Shown here: one piece after another, positions 23,547-32,466 of the stretch
Layout of the letters: each line of letters opens with the position of its first letter
Numbering within the stretch: position 1 is the stretch's first letter
Assembly: GCA_038045085.1 (NCBI GenBank)
Contig: JBBSYT010000078.1
Location: forward strand, 1 to 34,762
DNA length: 34,762 nucleotides
Origin: Nanobdellota archaeon
GTDB taxonomy: Archaea > Nanobdellota > Nanobdellia > Woesearchaeales > UBA10107
Direction of reading: 5' to 3'
Position numbers and translations under genes: made by a program
Notes under the pieces: model-generated
What the model saw: the letters and a program-made list of their open reading frames with translations, nothing else
What the model was told of the DNA's origin: nothing
The model's database searches: none

Positions 23547-24710
23547 TTATCTGTGCTTATAAAATCCTAATTTACTCAATATCGTATCAAACACTAAAGA
23601 ATAAACAAAAAACATCAGCAATAACTGAACTAAAACAACAACTCCCGTAAATGAGAAGTTAAGCAAAGCAAATGCAACAGTTACTGTTGCTAATCCTTTT
23701 GGAACAAAGAACGCTATTTCCCACTTTTCTGCTGAATCATACTTTCTTAACGCAATTCTTGAAACTGCAAATCTTATTACAAGATAAATTAAAAACAATC
23801 CAAATGAAAACTCAAAGAATCTTAATGATCTTGGAAGAGAAACAACAACACCGACAATAATGAACATTAAAACTTCAAGAGCAGAATAAATCATATTTTC
23901 CTGTTTCACAATCATTTGTTTTGGTTTTACAAATATATTTCCAAAGATAAATCCGATTGTGGCAACCGCAGCATAACCATTTCCTCCGATTCTTTGCGCG
24001 ATAATGAAAGAAAGCAATAGTCCGATGCCTAAGATTAGTGCTGCAGTGTGTTCAAAATAATTTTTGCTTAAAAGACTAAACAAAATTAATCCAATAATAA
24101 CTCCTGCGCCTATTCCTGCGAAAAGATTTGTAGCAACAAAAATAACTTTGCCAAAAACAGTTAAATCCAGTTTAGAATTTAACGCTTCACCCAGAGATAA
24201 TATCAAAAATGGAATCAACAAAATCACTGCACAAGAAAGAGTTGCTTCGTTTCTCACAAAATGAGTAACTCTATTTGTAGGCAGATGATGTCTTGGGAAT
24301 ATTGCAAGATATTCGACACAACTAATCAATAAAGCGAATATCACGGATGAAAATCCTTGTAAATTAAAGAACGATTTTGCCGCAAATGAAAGAATTATTA
24401 AATTTAATATCAATGCAAACACAAAAAATCTTAAACTATCTTTGACAGAAACATCATATTCGTGGATTTTTATTTTTCTTGTTGAATCAAACAGAACAAC
24501 AACTAAGGCAACTACGCTTAAAACTGCTAAAAACATTCCCCCCAAATCAATAATTGGCCTTTCATTGTAAAAAATATTTCCAAGGATTACTCCAGAAACC
24601 AGTAATGTCAAAGGCAAAGGAATCTTAAACTTTCTTGAAATAGATACCGAGATGATTCCCGCCAAAAGTACTAAAGTTAAACTTGTCAAAAACACCAGCA
24701 CATCTGCCAT
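23547..24710 (-). CDS. Cation:proton antiporter family membrane protein
   Basis: About 11-12 TM helices. N-terminal pattern LLAGIISVSISRKFKIPLPLTLLVSGVILG is typical of CPA-type exchangers. Confidence 0.6.
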   Translation of the reverse strand: MADVLVFLTSLTLVLLAGIISVSISRKFKIPLPLTLLVSGVILGNIFYNERPIIDLGGMFLAVLSVVALVVVLFDSTRKIKIHEYDVSVKDSLRFFVFALILNLIILSFAAKSFFNLQGFSSVIFALLISCVEYLAIFPRHHLPTNRVTHFVRNEATLSCAVILLIPFLILSLGEALNSKLDLTVFGKVIFVATNLFAGIGAGVIIGLILFSLLSKNYFEHTAALILGIGLLLSFIIAQRIGGNGYAAVATIGFIFGNIFVKPKQMIVKQENMIYSALEVLMFIIVGVVVSLPRSLRFFEFSFGLFLIYLVIRFAVSRIALRKYDSAEKWEIAFFVPKGLATVTVAFALLNFSFTGVVVLVQLLLMFFVYSLVFDTILSKLGFYKHR

Positions 24711-24776
24711 AATGATAAAATCGCTATTTGGGTTTAAAAAGTTATCTTTAAAAAGACAGGAAGATTATGATGAGTT

Positions 24777-26027
24777 ATGGACTTAAAAAAGGTCATATCG
24801 AAGATAAAACCCGGCAATACTTCATTAAAAAAAGAAACAGAAGTTATTGTACAAACTATAAATTCTGAGTTAAAAAAGAACAAAATCAAGGCGACTGCCA
24901 TTGTTGGCGGATCTTTTGCAAAAGATACTCATTTAGCAGACGACTTTGATTGTGATATTTTTGTTAAGTTTGATTACAGATATAAAGATGCCAACATTTC
25001 TGATTTGCTGGAAAAAGTGTTAAAAAAACTTAAACCAGAACGAGTTCATGGTTCAAGAGATTACTTTTTGTTCTCGAATACCCAATTTTGGCAAAGCCGA
25101 AATGAGTCCAGCTCGCAAAGACGAAATAGGGAATTAAACTTTGAAGTTGTTCCTGTTTTGAATATTTCAAAACCAAAGCAAGCAATGAATGTAACTGATG
25201 TTTCTCCCTTGCATGTTGCGTGGGTAAAAAAACACAAGAAAAGCGACCAGATAAGATTAGTAAAAGCATTTTGCAAAGCAAACTCAATTTATGGCGCGGA
25301 AAGTTACATAAAAGGATTTTCAGGACATGTTTTAGACATATTAACAATAAAATTTGGGAGTTTTATGAATTTGTTAAAAGCTTCACAAAAATGGAAACCA
25401 AAATCAGTAATTGATGTTGAAAAGCACTATAAAAATGCGGAAGAGACGATGTTTAAATTAAATGTTTCAAAAACTCAAAGTCCGTTAATTATTGTTGACC
25501 CGATACAGCCAGAAAGAAATGCTGCGGCTGCATTAGGCTATGAACAATTTAATGTTTTTGTTAAAAAAGCAAAAGAATTTTTGAAAAAACCTTCGGAAAA
25601 ATTCTTTGAAAAGAAAGTTTTGACTAAAGTTAACTTTAAGGATGCAATAATAATTAATGTTGTTCCGTTAAAAGGAAAAAGGGATGTTGTTGGAGCCAAA
25701 ATAATGAAAGCTCATGAATCAATTGAAAGAGAATTGGAAAACAATGATTTTGAAATTAAAAATTCGGGATTTATTTGGGATAAAGAAACATTCATTTGGT
25801 TTAAACTGAAAAATGAGAAAATAAGTTCTGAATCTATTGTTAAAGGACCGCCATTAGCGATGAAAAATCATGTTTTGGCATTCAAGAAAGAACATAAAAA
25901 TAGTTTTGAAAAGAATGCAAGAATATTCGCTAAAGTTAAAAGAGAATATGTTAATGCTAAAGAATTGATTAAAAACGTTATTAAAACTGATGAAGTTAAA
26001 GAGAAAGTTAAAATAATTTCTATTTAA
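24777..26027 (+). CDS. cca: CCA-adding tRNA nucleotidyltransferase (archaeal class I)
   Basis: GGSFAKDTHLADDFDCDIFVKF catalytic motif, with length and layout typical of archaeal Cca. The last ~38 codons are repeated at 27479-27595. Confidence 0.85.
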   Translation: MDLKKVISKIKPGNTSLKKETEVIVQTINSELKKNKIKATAIVGGSFAKDTHLADDFDCDIFVKFDYRYKDANISDLLEKVLKKLKPERVHGSRDYFLFSNTQFWQSRNESSSQRRNRELNFEVVPVLNISKPKQAMNVTDVSPLHVAWVKKHKKSDQIRLVKAFCKANSIYGAESYIKGFSGHVLDILTIKFGSFMNLLKASQKWKPKSVIDVEKHYKNAEETMFKLNVSKTQSPLIIVDPIQPERNAAAALGYEQFNVFVKKAKEFLKKPSEKFFEKKVLTKVNFKDAIIINVVPLKGKRDVVGAKIMKAHESIERELENNDFEIKNSGFIWDKETFIWFKLKNEKISSESIVKGPPLAMKNHVLAFKKEHKNSFEKNARIFAKVKREYVNAKELIKNVIKTDEVKEKVKIISI

Positions 26028-26049
26028 TAAAAGGTTGTTTATCTGATAA

Positions 26050-26808
26050 TTATATCGGTAAAATCATATTAAAAACTCGTTTTATTTCTTCAGCACTATG
26101 ACCAATTTGAATTTCTGCAGCACGATAGTCGTCATTAGTTACTACATCTCCGCATTTCTTAAGATTATTTTTCGGAATAAACTGAACAAGATTAATGTCA
26201 TTTAACTGAATATCAGAATACCATGCCAAAGCGAATATATCACAAATATCCTTTATTTTTTTGTGCTGCTTATCTCTATCGGGAAGAGAATTTATTTTCA
26301 TGGCTAAAAGCAATTCTGGCTTAGGCAGAAGAAGTTTTTTATCGAATTCATTCAAGATAATATGCTCCTTTTTGCTGAAAACTAAGTTTAATAATGGCTC
26401 GTCTATTGGATCGAAACCAAATGTTTTTTTGAAGTCTTTTGGGATTGAATCAACTATCAAATCCACAAACAAAGGAAATGTAAAATGAGCATGAACTTTT
26501 TCTCCTTTCTTTATTTCTTCTTCTGTTTCTGTGTGGATTTCTTTAAGGAGCCTGAAACTGATTGATTCAAATCTCAATTTTTCTGTCAGAGTTTTTATCG
26601 TCTGAGCCAGCGCGTCTCCTGCGCCCATATTAAATCCCAAATCAATATCTCTGCTTCCGAGATAAGGTCTTCCCTGCGCTTTCTCGAATTTCTTATTTAC
26701 ATGAAAGAAAACCGCCCAGCCACCAAGAATGCAGATTGGCTCTGCCAGATTCTTAATAACTTCTTTCAAATATTTATAAGATGTTTTGGTCTCAAATTCT
26801 TCATACAT
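26050..26808 (-). CDS. abiEii: Nucleotidyltransferase-fold toxin, AbiEii/DUF1814-like
   Basis: ILGGWAVFF...PYLGSRDIDLGF resembles the GG...S.D.D Pol-beta-type motif. A later LLAMKINSLPDRDKQHKKIKDICDI segment is also consistent. TAATG overlap with the upstream wHTH gene. Confidence 0.55.
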   Translation of the reverse strand: MYEEFETKTSYKYLKEVIKNLAEPICILGGWAVFFHVNKKFEKAQGRPYLGSRDIDLGFNMGAGDALAQTIKTLTEKLRFESISFRLLKEIHTETEEEIKKGEKVHAHFTFPLFVDLIVDSIPKDFKKTFGFDPIDEPLLNLVFSKKEHIILNEFDKKLLLPKPELLLAMKINSLPDRDKQHKKIKDICDIFALAWYSDIQLNDINLVQFIPKNNLKKCGDVVTNDDYRAAEIQIGHSAEEIKRVFNMILPI

Positions 26809-27377
26809 TATACTTTCTCCATAAGCATTTCTCCCGCTTCTCTGCAGGGTCCGCCTTCTTTGATTAAATCAACAATCAACTGAGGCATTGAAACTATCGA
26901 AAGTCCGTTTATGATTCTTTTTCCGTACATTGCATATTTATCTGCAAAAATAAGTTTGACATTTCCTTTTCCATATAATCCGTTTTTTGTCAGAAGATCA
27001 TGCCATTTTTCCAAATCTGTTTCATTTATATACAAATCAATTCTTGACGGAAATAAATGATGCTGAACTATATTTTCTGCCTGATATGTGGTAAGAGCAT
27101 AGTTTAGTTTAGTGTGTTTTAGTATTTCCAACGGTTCTTTTACCATGTAGCTTCTGAACTTCCTCGGTTTTTTTGAAAGGCCCAACCAATACTGCAGAAG
27201 CTTCTTTCTGCTGAGTGGTTTTGTATTTCTTGTAAGTTTCTTCCTTTCTAGTTCTTTTAGAAAAAGAATAACCCACTGCCTAGAACATTCTGCCTGCTTT
27301 GATATCTCATTTTTGCTTAAAATAGCTTTGCTCGCAAGCAAAACTCTTAGTATCTGTTCTCTTTTATCTCCTCGCAT
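26808..27377 (-). CDS. abiEi: wHTH antitoxin/regulator, AbiEi-like
   Basis: N-terminal wHTH (REQILRVLLASKAILSKNEISKQAECSRQWVILFLKELE). C-terminal domain ends in SIVSMPQLIVDLIKEGG..REAGEML, typical of AbiEi-type partners. Confidence 0.55.
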   Translation of the reverse strand: MRGDKREQILRVLLASKAILSKNEISKQAECSRQWVILFLKELERKKLTRNTKPLSRKKLLQYWLGLSKKPRKFRSYMVKEPLEILKHTKLNYALTTYQAENIVQHHLFPSRIDLYINETDLEKWHDLLTKNGLYGKGNVKLIFADKYAMYGKRIINGLSIVSMPQLIVDLIKEGGPCREAGEMLMEKV

Positions 27378-27442
27378 ACATGTAAGTATTGGTGCTAGTA
27401 TATAAAGGTTACTTACATGTAAGTATGTGGGTTAGTATATAA
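27378..27442 (-). promoter_or_regulatory. Tandem ~37-bp promoter/operator repeat upstream of the AbiEi-like gene
   Basis: ACATGTAAGTAT occurs at 27378 and 27415, each followed by TAGTATATAA (27396 and 27433). The second copy sits inside the perfect 16-bp palindrome TACTTACATGTAAGTA (27410-27425). The proximal TATA lies about 25 nt from the ATG. Confidence 0.5.
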
Positions 27443-27478
27443 GAGATAATTCACAGAATACAACTTCAAATTAAGAAA

Positions 27479-27595
27479 AATGCAAAAATATTTGCTAAAG
27501 TTAAAAGAGATTATGTCGATGCTAAAAAATTAATTAGAAACTTGATTAAAAAAGATGAAATTAAAGAGAAAGTTAAGACTGTTTCTTTAAATTAA
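27479..27595 (+). pseudogene. Orphan duplicate of the cca 3' end (about 38 codons, no upstream gene body)
   Basis: It translates to NAKIFAKVKRDYVDAKKLIRNLIKKDEIKEKVKTVSLN*, versus the cca C-terminus NARIFAKVKREYVNAKELIKNVIKTDEVKEKVKIISI*. Confidence 0.6.
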
Positions 27596-28583
27596 AGTTT
27601 CCAGATACTTCAGATGAACCGCCGTCTGAGAATTTTCCTGTGCCAGAATAACTTCCAACCATAGTATCTCCGTCCAAAGTGGCAGTGAATGGTGATTTGT
27701 AGCTCATCCCAGAACCTGATTCCGTCATTATTCCGTTGAGCGTATTGCCGGAGATCGTTCCTGAAATTTTTCCCGAAAGACGATACGACCCGCCGCTACA
27801 TTGTTCAGTGCGCGATACAGAATTCCCCTCATCAATTAAACTTCCGCTAAAAGATTCTTCCGTTTCAGTCAATGAAAATGTAAACATTCCATCGTTGCTT
27901 GTTGTGCAAGGACCAGAAATCTCAATTCCACCATATGGTCCGTTCCAATCTCCTTCAACTGCCGCTCCAGCTTGAACTTTAACTTGTGCATGTCCGCATT
28001 TAGAATTTCCATTTGTATCCTTTACGCAAACTCCAACAGAATAATCTCCTTCTTTGCTTGCTGTTCCGAGTATATGTCCATTGACATCTACAATCATTCC
28101 CATGGGCGGAGCACCTTCAGCAAAACTATCTGATTGGAAACTGTAAGGGGGATTTCCCTTTTCCGCAGTTGCAATTAATTCATCACATTTTTGTTTTACA
28201 ATGCAAGTCGCAAGCTGAGTATGAATTGAAATGCTTGGTCCAATAATAGTTACTGCGAAAGATTTTTCTGCTTTATCTCCTTTGCTGTCAGTCACAACTA
28301 AAATAAATGGAGGAAATGTTTTTTTTGAAGTACCTGCTGGCAAAGAACCACCACCACCTATCGTTCCATCTGGACCTAAATTAAATCCATTAGGCAAGTT
28401 TCCAGAAAGACTAAATGCATAAGGAGGAGTTCCTCCCGTAACTAATATTTTAAAGGTTGCAGTACCGCCAGATAACCAGTTAGGAAGTTCTTTTGTATTA
28501 ATTTGCAAAGAACCATCAGTTTTTACTTGCTGCTGAGTGCACGAAATAAGAAGAAATGCAATAACTAAAAATACTCTTTTCAT
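27573..28583 (-). CDS. Lipobox-type surface protein with putative Ig-like repeats
   Basis: MKRVFLVIAFLLISCTQQ is a signal peptide plus lipobox Cys. LPNGFNLGPDGTIGG is the 'putative Ig' type motif. I preferred the ATG at 28583, with a TATA about 30 nt upstream, over the tracked TTG at 28628. Confidence 0.6.
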   Translation of the reverse strand: MKRVFLVIAFLLISCTQQQVKTDGSLQINTKELPNWLSGGTATFKILVTGGTPPYAFSLSGNLPNGFNLGPDGTIGGGGSLPAGTSKKTFPPFILVVTDSKGDKAEKSFAVTIIGPSISIHTQLATCIVKQKCDELIATAEKGNPPYSFQSDSFAEGAPPMGMIVDVNGHILGTASKEGDYSVGVCVKDTNGNSKCGHAQVKVQAGAAVEGDWNGPYGGIEISGPCTTSNDGMFTFSLTETEESFSGSLIDEGNSVSRTEQCSGGSYRLSGKISGTISGNTLNGIMTESGSGMSYKSPFTATLDGDTMVGSYSGTGKFSDGGSSEVSGNFNLKKQS

Positions 28584-28741
28584 TTTATGATTATTCGATA
28601 ATACACTATTTAAATTTATCTTGAACAAAATAATAATCGTTAAATACAGATAATGATGGAAAGTTGTGGTACATATCTTTAACCTTTTTATATCTTTGCA
28701 ATAGTTAGTTTTTTAAATCAAACTATCCTACTCCGTCTTCT

Positions 28742-29749
28742 ATGATTCAAGAACACTTCAAGAAAACGTTTCTAAAAGGAGATATTTTAACGGATATTTT
28801 AGGACAAGACGTAATTAAGCATGATTTAAAATCAGCGTTGCTAGTCGGAAGGCATATTTTAATCATTGGACCGCCAGGAATAGGAAAAACAACTTTGGCG
28901 AAGAATGTTTCTAAATTATTACCGGAAATTGAGGTAAATGACTGCGGATATCATTGCGACCCTAAAAATCCACAATGTCCTGAATGCAGAGCAGGAAAAT
29001 CAAAGAAAAAAACCATTTCAGGTGCAGAAAGATTCGTTAGAATCCAAGGAAGTCCTGATTTAACTGCAGAAGATTTAATTGGAGATATTGATCCAGCAAA
29101 GGCAATGCAATACGGACCATTAAGCATTCAGGCATTCACTCCTGGAAAAATATTCAAAGCAAATAACGGAGTTTTATTCTTTGATGAGCTAAACAGATGT
29201 CCTGAAAAGCTTCAAAATGCATTACTGCAAGCATTGCAGGAAGGATATGTAACGATTGGGTCTTATGATGTTGATTTGCAGGCAAATTTCATTTTTGTTG
29301 CGACCATGAATCCCGAAGATTCAAATACAGAAAAGATAGCTGATGTTCTTTTAGATAGATTTGATGTAATTTACATGGATTATCCTGAAAAACTTGACAC
29401 AGAAATAAAAATAGTAAAAAAGTCAGGAAAAAGCATAGTAAACTTCCCAGATAAGCTTTTATCTGCTGGCATTTTATTCATAAGAATCTTAAGAGCAAAT
29501 AAAGACGTTGAAAAGAAACCAGGAGTTAGAGCAAGTATCGGATTATACGAAAGAGCACAGGCAAATGCATTCTTGGCTAACAGAGACACGGTAACAAGCA
29601 TAGATTTGAAGGATGCGATAATTTCTGTTGTGGCTCACAGAATAAAATTAAAACCTTCAATGAGTTATTTAACGAATGAGATTGATTTCATCAAAGAGCA
29701 GATGGAAAAATTTCTAGAAGAAAATCTCAAAAAAAGTGATTTTACCTGA
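28742..29749 (+). CDS. AAA+ ATPase of the ChlI/MoxR type with a Cys4 insertion
   Basis: Walker A GPPGIGKTT, Walker B VLFFDELNR, sensor ATMNPE and DRFD. The insertion CGYHCDPKNPQCPEC lies between Walker A and B. Confidence 0.8.
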   Translation: MIQEHFKKTFLKGDILTDILGQDVIKHDLKSALLVGRHILIIGPPGIGKTTLAKNVSKLLPEIEVNDCGYHCDPKNPQCPECRAGKSKKKTISGAERFVRIQGSPDLTAEDLIGDIDPAKAMQYGPLSIQAFTPGKIFKANNGVLFFDELNRCPEKLQNALLQALQEGYVTIGSYDVDLQANFIFVATMNPEDSNTEKIADVLLDRFDVIYMDYPEKLDTEIKIVKKSGKSIVNFPDKLLSAGILFIRILRANKDVEKKPGVRASIGLYERAQANAFLANRDTVTSIDLKDAIISVVAHRIKLKPSMSYLTNEIDFIKEQMEKFLEENLKKSDFT

Positions 29750-30926
29750 CCTTCTAGACAAAAATAATCCCGTTCAAGACAAAAATTCTATAGAAGAGCT
29801 TCAAGGTTCTATGCAAAGCGACCCAGAAGAAGAAAAGCTCGCCCATTCTGTAATGGAAGCAGACCAAGAAACAATAGAAGAAGGAAGGTCTGTTAATGAC
29901 GCATTAAATAACGGAATTAATTCTTTTCAGCCAGACATGATATTTGAGCAAATGGTAAATGACTTTAAAATGGCTAAAAATGTATTTGGAGAAACTATTC
30001 TAAAGCAAGTTTCTGGATATAATCCCGATTACATAGAAAAAAACATAAAAGTTCCTGAGTTCAGAAGAGAATTAAAGAATAAAGTAAGGAAAAACATTGA
30101 GGAAATGAGAGATGCCGGAATTCTAGGAAAAGATTTTGAAATAACTCAAAAAGGAATACAATTAGCGGCCTTAGTTATGTACTCCGAAGAACTTGACCAT
30201 TTACTCCCAAAAGGAATGTTTGGAGAACGAATTCATAAAAAGCAGTCTATATATGGAGAACATGATGATATTAAACCATTCAAGAAAAGCGACAGATATA
30301 GAGATATTGCATTAAAAAAATCAATAAAAACTGCAATAAGAAGAGGACATAAAAAACTTGAAATCGATGACTTGAAATCTTTCATAAGACAAAGCAAAGG
30401 AAACTTAGAGGTAATTTACGGATTAGATTCATCAGGAAGTATGAAGGGCAAGAAGATAGAAGTTGCAAAAAAAGCGGGAGTTGCTTTGGCATTTAGAGCA
30501 ATAGAAAATAAAGATAAAGTTGGTTTGATTGTTTTTGGAGAAGAGGTTAAGGAAAGCGTTTATCCTTGCGGCGACTTTCACAGAATTTTAGAGGAAATAA
30601 CAAAAGTTAAGCCTGGAAAAGAAACGGATATGGTTTCAGTCATTAAAAAATCGATAGAAATGTTTTCTAAAGGAACAGCAACAAAACATTTGATTTTGTT
30701 AACAGATGCTTTACAAACAATAGGTTCTAAAAATGAAGTTATTGATGTTTCTGGAATGGCTCGTGCTGCAGGCATTACAATTTCCATTGTGGGGATTAAA
30801 CTTGATAAAGAAGGAATTGAGCTGGCGAAGAACATAACCGAGTTAAGCAATGGAAAGTTATATGCAGTTTCTGCTCTTGAAAACGTTGACAAAATAATAT
30901 TGCAAGACTACTATGATTTAAGATAA
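29736..30926 (+). CDS. von Willebrand factor A (vWA) domain protein, ChlD-like C-terminus
   Basis: MIDAS motif VIYGLDSSGSMKG, later LILLTDA. Overlaps the AAA+ gene by 14 nt. The GTG start is uncertain; an in-frame ATG at 29811 is an alternative. Confidence 0.7.
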   Translation: MILPDLLDKNNPVQDKNSIEELQGSMQSDPEEEKLAHSVMEADQETIEEGRSVNDALNNGINSFQPDMIFEQMVNDFKMAKNVFGETILKQVSGYNPDYIEKNIKVPEFRRELKNKVRKNIEEMRDAGILGKDFEITQKGIQLAALVMYSEELDHLLPKGMFGERIHKKQSIYGEHDDIKPFKKSDRYRDIALKKSIKTAIRRGHKKLEIDDLKSFIRQSKGNLEVIYGLDSSGSMKGKKIEVAKKAGVALAFRAIENKDKVGLIVFGEEVKESVYPCGDFHRILEEITKVKPGKETDMVSVIKKSIEMFSKGTATKHLILLTDALQTIGSKNEVIDVSGMARAAGITISIVGIKLDKEGIELAKNITELSNGKLYAVSALENVDKIILQDYYDLR

Positions 30927-31157
30927 TCTTGAAAGAATTGCATGTAATTTCTTTAATTCATTGTAGACTAATCTTTTATTTTCCAAACTTAACGTTTTAT
31001 AGGCATGAATTGCGCTATTGTATGCGATTGTTGCTAGTTTTTTATCTGTTTGTAAGGCCAATTTTGATTAAGCCTTGTAAAATAACGGCACAACAGAACT
31101 AAGCCGACTTAACTATGGTGCAAAAAGGTTTATAATCTCATAAAAAATCACATAATT

Positions 31158-31754
31158 ATGAAAATATTAGCCTTTTCAGACGTTCATGGCGATTTAAGTA
31201 CGTTGGAACATATCAAGAAAGAAGTTAAAGACAAAAAAATAGATTATGTCGTTTGTGCTGGCGATTACACCTTCTTTGAGCAACACATTGAATTTTTGAC
31301 TAAAAAACTATCCCAACTAGGGACTGAAGTAATTCTCATTCACGGAAATCATGAAGACAGCGAAGTAGTTGAAATTTTGTCTAAAAAATACAAAAATGTT
31401 CATTTTATTCATAAAAAAGTCAAAAAGGCGGGAAATTATGCTTTCATAGGATATGGTGGAGGAGGATTTTCCTTAAATGACCCCGAATTTGTTAAAACAA
31501 CATCAAATTTGGTTAAGAATCTAAAAGAAAAAATAATCCTAGTCACTCATGCCCCGCCAAACGGGACAAAACTTGACCATCTGTCCCGTCGAGGTTATGT
31601 CGGAAATAGAGATTATTCAAAGTTCATCAAAAATAATAACGTCATACTGGCAATTTCGGGACATTTGCATGAAAACTTTAATAAAGAGGACAAAATGGGA
31701 AAAGCAAGGTTGATTAACCCAGGATATAAAGGAAAAATAATAACACTTGACTAA
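31158..31754 (+). CDS. Metallophosphoesterase (calcineurin-like)
   Basis: Motifs ILAFSDVHGD, CAGDYT, GNHE and SGHLH. TATA box GTTTATAATC lies about 26 nt upstream. Confidence 0.8.
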   Translation: MKILAFSDVHGDLSTLEHIKKEVKDKKIDYVVCAGDYTFFEQHIEFLTKKLSQLGTEVILIHGNHEDSEVVEILSKKYKNVHFIHKKVKKAGNYAFIGYGGGGFSLNDPEFVKTTSNLVKNLKEKIILVTHAPPNGTKLDHLSRRGYVGNRDYSKFIKNNNVILAISGHLHENFNKEDKMGKARLINPGYKGKIITLD

Positions 31755-31755
31755 A

Positions 31756-32253
31756 ATGCACCACACAGAAGCCATAAAAAAACTTGAAACTTCAAAAGAA
31801 TTCGATTCTTGGAAGAAAACTCACAAAGAGGCCTATCTAGTTCATTTTTTTAAGATGTTAGACAAGGCTAATGAAAGTATATGGCAAATTGGCTACTACA
31901 GCCATAAAACTAACTTAATCAGCGTTTTTCTCGTTAACGGAATAATAGCTAAGAGTGAAGACTCCGAAGTGTTTAAAGAGCAAAAAAAGCTCGTTCAGCC
32001 GTTAAAATTAGAAGATGCCAAGATTGATGACATAAAAGCGCTTCAAACTGCAGATGAAATTCTAAAAAAAGAATATAAAGGCTCAACAATATTCAAATCA
32101 TTCATGATTTTGCAGAATATTGATGGAGTAGGACAGGTATGGAACGTTACATTTGTCACTAATGAATTCAAAACTGTAAATGTAAAAGTAAATTCTAAGT
32201 CAGGAGAGTGTATTTCTCATAAAATTGTTTCATTAATTCAGGGAAAAGATTAA
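31756..32253 (+). CDS. Hypothetical protein
   Basis: ATG lies 1 nt after the upstream stop, and I preferred it over the tracked TTG at 31747. No family recognised. Confidence 0.5.
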   Translation: MHHTEAIKKLETSKEFDSWKKTHKEAYLVHFFKMLDKANESIWQIGYYSHKTNLISVFLVNGIIAKSEDSEVFKEQKKLVQPLKLEDAKIDDIKALQTADEILKKEYKGSTIFKSFMILQNIDGVGQVWNVTFVTNEFKTVNVKVNSKSGECISHKIVSLIQGKD

Positions 32254-32362
32254 TTTCTCTATTGAAAATAATTTATTTAACTTATAGTTTCAATAATATA
32301 TGTTTAATGTTAATGATATTTATAAGCTTCACTTCATTTGTATTAAAAATAGGTGTGACAAA

Positions 32363-32434
32363 ATGACAGTAAGCTACGAAGCATCCAGAAAATCTAAAAA
32401 ACTTGATTCTTATTTTGAGGAAAAAGAGGAATAG
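32363..32434 (+). CDS. Possible 23-aa micro-ORF
   Basis: My own translation: MTVSYEASRKSKKLDSYFEEKEE. AGGTG lies 8 nt upstream. TATA-like ATTTATAAG lies about 40 nt upstream. A hairpin plus T-run follows immediately downstream. Confidence 0.25.
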   Translation: MTVSYEASRKSKKLDSYFEEKEE

Positions 32435-32442
32435 ACGCCTTG

Positions 32443-32465
32443 CCTTGTGGTTAACAAGGTTTTTC
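32443..32465. terminator. Hairpin CCTTGT-GGTTA-ACAAGG followed by TTTTTC
   Basis: Read directly from the sequence. It lies between the micro-ORF and the convergent tmk stop, so it could act for either strand. Confidence 0.4.
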
Positions 32466-32466
32466 T

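Larger units (their letters stand above)
26028..27478. mobile_element. Probable inserted cassette (AbiEii/AbiEi pair plus promoter) bounded by two copies of the cca 3' end
   Basis: The segment is flanked by imperfect direct repeats 25914-26027 and 27479-27595, roughly 80% identical by eye. No integrase is present in the segment. Confidence 0.45.

Noticed and set aside
31003-31035. 9-codon Cys-rich mini-ORF (MNCAIVCDCC) in the vWA-phosphoesterase spacer.
   Set aside because: It has no SD or TATA context and is too short to evaluate.
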